Assembly (NCBI GenBank): GCA_902491615.1 | Contig: CABUIH010000002.1 | Span: 24,383 to 88,382 of the forward strand | DNA: 64,000 nucleotides | Reading direction: 5' to 3' | From: an uncultured Collinsella sp. | Lineage (GTDB): Bacteria; Actinomycetota; Coriobacteriia; Coriobacteriales; Coriobacteriaceae | In this document: one piece after another, positions 58,476 through 64,000 of the stretch | How positions within the stretch are numbered: the stretch's first letter is position 1 | How the letters are laid out: each line of letters begins with the position of its first letter | Program-made: the position numbers and the translations under genes | The notes under the pieces: generated by a model | Databases searched by the model: none | What the model was told of the DNA's origin: nothing | What the model saw: only the letters and a program-made list of their open reading frames with translations

Positions 58476-59459
58476 ATGGCCCAATACGCTGCCAACGAAA
58501 TCGAGAATATGCCCGATAGCCCTGTAGCCCGCGAAGACCTAGGTGCCGGCGGTGCCTCTCGCGGTGCCGGTGCGCGCTCGCCGCTGTTCTGGAAGGTCTT
58601 GCTGCTTTCGGTGGCGGTCATCTGGGGCTATTCCTTCACCACCATGAAGGATGCGCTCGATACCATTCCGGTGTTCGAGCTGCTCTACATTCGTTTTCTT
58701 CCGGCGTCGTTGGTCATGCTTGCCATCTTCCACGAGCGCATTGTTGCCCATTTCAACGCTCGAAACCTGATTGTTGGACTTGGCATGGGCGCGCTCATGT
58801 GGGGTGCCTACGGTTTGCAGACGATCGGCCTGGCACAGACCACGGCGGGCAAGAGTGCATTTTTGACGGGCACGTACTGCATCTTGGTTCCGTTTGCGAG
58901 CTACGTTCTAAGCGGCGAAAAGCTTACCCGTTACAACTTGGGCGCCGCGTTGCTGTGCCTGGCGGGCATTGGTCTGGTGGCGCTCGATAGCGTCGAGTTC
59001 AATGTCGGCGATGTCATCACACTGGGCGGTGCGGTCTTCTTTGCCATCCAGATGGCGGTGACCGCCAAGTATGGCCGCAAGATGGACATCAACGTCATCA
59101 CGTTTTGGATGTTTGTGGGCAACGGCGTGCTGAGCCTGATCTCGTCGCTGCTATTCGAGACCCAAGCGCCGCTGTCCGTTTGGACGCCGAGCTTTATCAG
59201 TGTGATGGCGTTTCTCTCGGTGGGCTGCACATGTGTGGCTCTGCTCATCCAAAATGTCGGCCTGGCGCATGTCCCGGCCTCGACGGGCTCGCTGCTCCTT
59301 TCGATGGAGTCGCCTTCGGGTGTGCTGTTCTCGGTGCTGCTGATGGGGGAGGCGCTCACCTCGCGCCTGCTCGCCGGCTTCGCGCTCATCTTTCTTTCGA
59401 TTATCTTGAGCGAGACGCATTTCGATTTTTTGCGTCGAAAGCCGCGCCCGCAATTGTAA
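58476..59459 (+). CDS. DMT/EamA-family transporter
   Basis: About 10 TM helices; IWG.SF, LQTIGL..TTAGKSAFLT, MESP motifs. Confidence 0.9.
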   Translation: MAQYAANEIENMPDSPVAREDLGAGGASRGAGARSPLFWKVLLLSVAVIWGYSFTTMKDALDTIPVFELLYIRFLPASLVMLAIFHERIVAHFNARNLIVGLGMGALMWGAYGLQTIGLAQTTAGKSAFLTGTYCILVPFASYVLSGEKLTRYNLGAALLCLAGIGLVALDSVEFNVGDVITLGGAVFFAIQMAVTAKYGRKMDINVITFWMFVGNGVLSLISSLLFETQAPLSVWTPSFISVMAFLSVGCTCVALLIQNVGLAHVPASTGSLLLSMESPSGVLFSVLLMGEALTSRLLAGFALIFLSIILSETHFDFLRRKPRPQL

Positions 59460-59574
59460 ACAATTTGTTGCGCCGCCTCCCGGGGCGGCATTTTTTATGC
59501 GTCGCCCTTAAAGTAGTACCTTGCACTTTACGCTATCAAAGTGCTTGCTGCAAAAACGTTACTGGAGGGCATCT

Positions 59575-60870
59575 ATGGCACCAGCACTGTCCGATCTTCA
59601 ACCGCAATCAGCGCCCAAGGCCACCGCGGCGGCGCAGACCGCTATCGGTGACGGTCTTGTTGCAGAAGCTCAGGCTTTTGCAGACGAGCTCGCTGCGTGG
59701 CGACACGATTTACATCAGATGCCCGAGCTGGGTAATAGCCTCCCGCAGACCTCTACGTATATCCAAGCGCGCCTGACCGAGATGGACATCCCATTTGCTA
59801 CGCTCGTCGATGGTTCCTGCGTTGTGGGCCTTGTCGGCGCCGGTGCCGCCGCGGCCCAAGGCAATGGCGTCTGCACGAATGAGCAGGCCGGAACGGTCAT
59901 TATGCTGCGTGGCGACATGGATGCCCTGCCCGTTGCCGAAGAGTCGGGCGAGCCTTTCGCCTCTACGAACGGCTGCATGCATGCTTGCGGTCACGATATG
60001 CACGCGACGGCGCTGCTTGGTGCGGCGCGCTTGCTCAAGGCCCGCGAGGCCGAGCTTGTCGACGCCAACGCTACCGTCAAACTGCTGTTCCAGCCGGGCG
60101 AGGAGACCTTTGAGGGGGCACGCGCTGCCATCGCCGACGGCTTGCTCGAGAACCCGCGTCCTCAGGCGGCTTTTGCCATGCATGTTAACAGCCAATCGCC
60201 GCTCGGCCTGGTGCTCTATGGGAGCCCGGCGCTTTCGGGCGTGTACGGTTTCCGCATCACGCTGCAGGGCAAGGGCGGACATGGCTCGAGCCCCGAGATC
60301 TGCATCGACCCCATCACGGCCGGCGTCCATGTGCACCTGGCGCTTCAGGAGCTCATTGCTCGCGAAGTGCCGGCGGCCAAGGAGGTCGCACTGACCGTGG
60401 GTAAGTTTGCCGGTGGCCAAGCGGCCAACGTCATTCCCGACACCTGCGTGCTCGAGGGAACGCTGCGCGGCTTTGATGTTGAGCTCATGGCTCACCTAAA
60501 GACCCGCATCGCGGAGGTCGTTAACGGCGTTGCCACGACCTATCGTACGCCGGCGACCATCGAGACACTTTCGGATGTTCCGCCGCTTGTACTCGACAGC
60601 GATATGACTCAGGCGTCGCTTGGCTACGTGGGCGCAGTGCTGCCCAAGTCGGCTTTCTTGCCGCTTTTCCATGCCATGGCGAGTGAGGACTTCGCGCTTA
60701 TCTCGAGCGAGATTCCGAGTGCGTACTTTACCGTGGGCGCGGCCGTAACCGACGCGGACGAACACTTTGCCCAGCACCATCCCAAGGCACGTTTTAACGA
60801 TGCCGAGCTGCCGCTCGGTGCTGCGGCTTATACCGCCGTCGCTTTGGGCTATATCGCCGACCACCGGTAG
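59575..60870 (+). CDS. M20D-family amidohydrolase
   Basis: LHQMPEL, LRGDMDALP, MHACGHD, FQPGEE, GKGGHGS, SEDF, HHP. Confidence 0.93.
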   Translation: MAPALSDLQPQSAPKATAAAQTAIGDGLVAEAQAFADELAAWRHDLHQMPELGNSLPQTSTYIQARLTEMDIPFATLVDGSCVVGLVGAGAAAAQGNGVCTNEQAGTVIMLRGDMDALPVAEESGEPFASTNGCMHACGHDMHATALLGAARLLKAREAELVDANATVKLLFQPGEETFEGARAAIADGLLENPRPQAAFAMHVNSQSPLGLVLYGSPALSGVYGFRITLQGKGGHGSSPEICIDPITAGVHVHLALQELIAREVPAAKEVALTVGKFAGGQAANVIPDTCVLEGTLRGFDVELMAHLKTRIAEVVNGVATTYRTPATIETLSDVPPLVLDSDMTQASLGYVGAVLPKSAFLPLFHAMASEDFALISSEIPSAYFTVGAAVTDADEHFAQHHPKARFNDAELPLGAAAYTAVALGYIADHR

Positions 60871-60991
60871 CATCCAACCTTGCCTTTCAAGCCTGCGGGC
60901 ATGGCCGTAAGGCCTATGCCCTTGTCTTTCAAGGCAATCTTGGGCACTACCGGCGCCCGGCGCAGGCTATTCGTTTTTTAAAAGGAGCGGT

Positions 60992-61441
60992 ATGTCCCAG
61001 CAACGCAAATTCTTCCCCGGCTGGCTCGTGGTGACCTCCGGCTTTGTGATCATGGCCACGTGCTACACGATTTTCGTCAACTGCATGAGCCTGTTCCAGC
61101 CGCTGATCGTCAGCGACCTGGGCATTTCCCTTGCGCAGTACAACATCTCCAACGCTATCTCCACCGTGGTGAGCGTCGTGGGTTCGCTCGTTATCGGCCA
61201 TGTTGCCGATAAGGTGAGTGGCCGCGTATTGGGCTCGCTCACCGTTATCGCCACCTCGGCGGTGCTCGCGGGCATGAGCTTTGTGGGTGAGCTTTGGCAG
61301 GTCTACGTGCTCTTTGCCGTCTCGGGCTCCTTTGCGAGCACCTGGATCGTGTGTCTGGTGTGTTCTGTGGTCATGCTCGTGTTCCTGCTGGTATCCGAGC
61401 CCATCGCCGCCAAGCTGCGCGCGAGCGTGGCGGGGGAGTAG
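60992..61441 (+). pseudogene. Internally deleted MFS transporter (149 aa)
   Basis: MFS N-terminus (FFPGWLVV, GHVADKVSGR motif A) with only about 5 TM helices; good RBS. Confidence 0.7.
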
Positions 61442-61476
61442 GCGTCCGTCGCTCTTTTCTGTTCGTCCCGTTCTGT

Positions 61477-61540
61477 CCGTGGCCGCCTTGGAAGCCGAAT
61501 GGATGCTCGTACCATCATTCGGTTTCCAAGGCGGCCACGG
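61477..61540. repeat. Long hairpin
   Basis: ccgtggccgccttggaagccgaat ... attcggtttccaaggcggccacgg. Confidence 0.8.
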
Positions 61541-61550
61541 GCCTACGAAA

Positions 61551-61614
61551 TGATCCCTTTTCCTCCGTCCCCAAGGGATCACGTGATCCGAAGGGGACGG
61601 AGGAAAAGGGATCA
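61551..61614. repeat. GGGGAC-type palindrome
   Basis: tgatcccttttcctccgtcccc ... ggggacggaggaaaagggatca (perfect 22-bp arms). Confidence 0.85.
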
Positions 61615-61745
61615 CAAACAGCGGCGGCGCGTCTGGCCGAACGAGTCCCCATACCCTCGTTCGGTCAGACGCGCCGCCGCTGTTTGTGTTTGTGCCGTAT
61701 AATGACCGTTACCTATGACGCGATACAAAAGAAAGGTGTTTGCCC

Positions 61746-63059
61746 ATGCAGGCACAGAAGGCGGAGGGAACCCGCGACCTTATCGGCGCCGAGATGCGCG
61801 CCTGGCAAAAGATGCAGCAGATTGCGGCCGGCGTGTTCGAGCCGTTTGGTTTTAAACCCATCGAGACGCCCGCGATCGAGCAGGTGGACGTGTTTGTCCA
61901 CGGTATCGGCCAGTCGACCGACGTCGTACGCAAGGAAATGTTCCGCGTGTTCAGCGGTGCCAACCTGGAGCGCGTCTTTACCGAGGGCACCGACACCAAA
62001 CTCAAGCCCAAGCAGCGCCTGGCACTTCGCCCCGAGGGCACGGCCGGCGTGGTGCGCGCCGTCGTCGAGAACAACCTGGTGCCCCAGGGCTCCACGCCGT
62101 TTAAGGCGTACTACGCCGAGGCCATGTTCCGCGGCGAGCGTCCCCAGAAGGGCCGCCTGCGCCAGTTCCACCAGGTGGGCATCGAGTGGCTCGGCGCTCC
62201 CGATCCGGCGGCAGACGCCGAGTGCATCATCATGCTCATGGAGTTCTACAAGCGCCTGGGCTTCGATCTTTCCAAGCTTCGTCTGCTCATCAACTCGATG
62301 GGTGACGCCCAGTGCCGTCCGGCCTATCGCGAGCAGGTTAAGCAGTTCATCCTCGATCACGCAGACGAGATGTGCGATGAGTGCCGCGAGCGCGCCGAGC
62401 TCAACCCGCTGCGCGCCTTCGACTGCAAGAACGACCACTGCCGCGAGATCATGGCCGACGCGCCGCTGATGGGCGATAACCTGTGCGACGAGTGCCGCGA
62501 GCACTACGAGCAGGTCAAGCGCTATCTGGATGTCGCCGGTATCGAGTATGTCGAGGATCCCACCCTGGTGCGTGGTCTGGACTACTACACCCGCACTGTC
62601 TTTGAGGTCGAGGCTCCCGGCGCCGGCGTCGGTTCCATCGGTGGCGGCGGCCGCTACGACGGCCTGGTCGAGCTTGAGGGTGGCAAGCCCACGGCGGGCG
62701 TCGGCTTTGCCGTCGGTTTTGAGCGCGCCCTGCTGGCCCTGCAGGCCTTTGGCAGCGATCTGGGTGCCGAGGAGGTCCCGTGCGTCTACGTCGCCAATGC
62801 CGGCAAGGAGCTGCGTCAGAACGCCTTTACCATTACGCAGCAGCTTCGCGCCGCAGGGATTGTGACCGAGGCCGACTATCAGGGCCGTTCGCTCAAGGCC
62901 CAGTTTAAGCAGGCCGATAAGGTAGGCGCCAAGCTCATCCTGGTCCTGGGCGGCGACGAGCTTGCCGCCGGCAAGGTCAAGGTGCGCGACATGCAGAGCC
63001 ATGACGAGGTTCTCGTCGATCTGGCCAACGTCGTCGAGGCGGTTCGCGAGCGTCTGTAG
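61746..63059 (+). CDS. hisS: Histidine--tRNA ligase
   Basis: GTRD, LRPEGTA, FRGERPQKGRLRQFHQ, LVRGLDYY, GGGRYDGL. Confidence 0.97.
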   Translation: MQAQKAEGTRDLIGAEMRAWQKMQQIAAGVFEPFGFKPIETPAIEQVDVFVHGIGQSTDVVRKEMFRVFSGANLERVFTEGTDTKLKPKQRLALRPEGTAGVVRAVVENNLVPQGSTPFKAYYAEAMFRGERPQKGRLRQFHQVGIEWLGAPDPAADAECIIMLMEFYKRLGFDLSKLRLLINSMGDAQCRPAYREQVKQFILDHADEMCDECRERAELNPLRAFDCKNDHCREIMADAPLMGDNLCDECREHYEQVKRYLDVAGIEYVEDPTLVRGLDYYTRTVFEVEAPGAGVGSIGGGGRYDGLVELEGGKPTAGVGFAVGFERALLALQAFGSDLGAEEVPCVYVANAGKELRQNAFTITQQLRAAGIVTEADYQGRSLKAQFKQADKVGAKLILVLGGDELAAGKVKVRDMQSHDEVLVDLANVVEAVRERL

Positions 63060-63317
63060 CGCATGATTTTTGAGCTGCGGACCCGCTAACATGTCCCGCT
63101 CGCGACGAGCTATTGTTACGGGGGTGTTTCGCATTTATGCGGAATGCCCTCGTTTGCATATGCCGCCCACCGAGAAATACGACCATTTGGGGCAAAAACC
63201 CTTGCAATGCAGAAAATACTTTTGTGTGGTAAAGCGCAATCAGTGTCGAAAGTATTTCTCAAGCGCCTATAATGAATACCGCATGTTACGTGCATAGAAG
63301 GAGGAATGGGAGGAAAC

Positions 63318-64000
63318 GTGGCTGAGAACCTAAGCAACCAGTCTGTACCCGAAGCCGCGGCGCGCGTCGCTGCCGTGGTCAACCGCCTCGTTAACCGAAT
63401 CGGCTCGAATGCCGAGTCCAGGGAGCGTCTCGCCGAGATCGAGATCCCCGAGGAGCTGCGCGATAATCTGGCGCTGTTCCTGCGCCTGGAACGTCGTGTG
63501 CTTAGCGAGTATGATCCCGAGATCGCGGACCTGTTCGACAAGATTTTGACAGCCGAGATTGTGGCCAATGCTGGCAACCCCGGTAGCCGCGCTGCCGACG
63601 AGTCCGTTGACGAACAGGGCGTGCCCACTGCCGACGAGCCCACCGCCGTGGCGTTTCGCGAAGTCGTCGATTTGATTGACAGCCTGCCGCTTGATAAGCA
63701 GCAGGTCATCGTTCGCGCCTTTACGAGCTTCTTCCACTTGGCAAACCTGTCGGAGGAGAACTACCGTGTGGCGCAGCTGCGCGAGCGCGAGGCCGGCGCA
63801 TCGACCGATACCGAGGTCGATCCCGCCAACGAACTCACCGTCGCCTATCACCAGTTGGTAAACGAGATGGGCGTCGAGGGTGCCAATGAGCTGCTCGGCA
63901 AGCTCGAGTTCCACCCTGTCTTTACCGCACATCCCACCGAGGCCCGTCGTAAGGCCGTCGAGGGCAAGATTCGCCGTATCTCCAACCTGCTGGAGGAGCG
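63318..64000 (+). CDS. ppc: Phosphoenolpyruvate carboxylase, N-terminal part (runs off the window; not in the ORF track)
   Basis: Translated by hand from GTG after ggagg: RAFTSFFHLANLSEE and the catalytic FHPVFTAHPTEARRK motif. Confidence 0.93.
   Translation, partial: MAENLSNQSVPEAAARVAAVVNRLVNRIGSNAESRERLAEIEIPEELRDNLALFLRLERRVLSEYDPEIADLFDKILTAEIVANAGNPGSRAADESVDEQGVPTADEPTAVAFREVVDLIDSLPLDKQQVIVRAFTSFFHLANLSEENYRVAQLREREAGASTDTEVDPANELTVAYHQLVNEMGVEGANELLGKLEFHPVFTAHPTEARRKAVEGKIRRISNLLEE

Noticed and set aside
63330..63932. Minus-strand 200-aa ORF
   Set aside because: Shadow of the plus-strand ppc gene, which the ORF track missed because it has no stop within the window

Overview
High-GC (about 60% by eye) chromosomal segment, almost entirely + strand. 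It is most consistent with a Coriobacteriia gut actinobacterium (Collinsella-like), inferred from gene content and style, not from a database match. In order: a partial P-type ATPase, rsgA, an 11-12 gene Tad/Flp (type IVc) pilus locus, a small toxin-antitoxin-like pair, tRNA-Phe, a GH5-family protein lacking its acid/base glutamate, rsmI-metG-rsmA-tatD, a C-P lyase phosphonate operon (phnDCEE-GHIJKML, a PHP hydrolase and phnO), tRNA-Leu, SPFH-rlmH-proC, serS, three identical tRNA-Arg(ACG) genes, a TPR-like protein, tRNA-Ser, a D,D-carboxypeptidase divergent from a VanRS-like pair, pstB-phoB-phoR, an isolated cpsCDB module, GNAT, htpG, two YhgE/Pip genes, EamA, an M20 amidohydrolase, an internally deleted MFS gene, hisS and the start of ppc. 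No integrase, transposase or CRISPR array is visible. The most unusual signals are non-coding. (1) A 189-190 bp structured element follows the tRNA-Leu gene and each tRNA-Arg gene; its core is shared, but each copy carries an antisense T-arm and a duplicated 3' end matching its own host tRNA. (2) A 225 bp MITE-like element has 37 bp terminal inverted repeats. (3) Two ~175 bp covarying structured repeats in inverted orientation bracket the Pip gene pair. (4) A set of GGGAC-motif REP-like palindromes.
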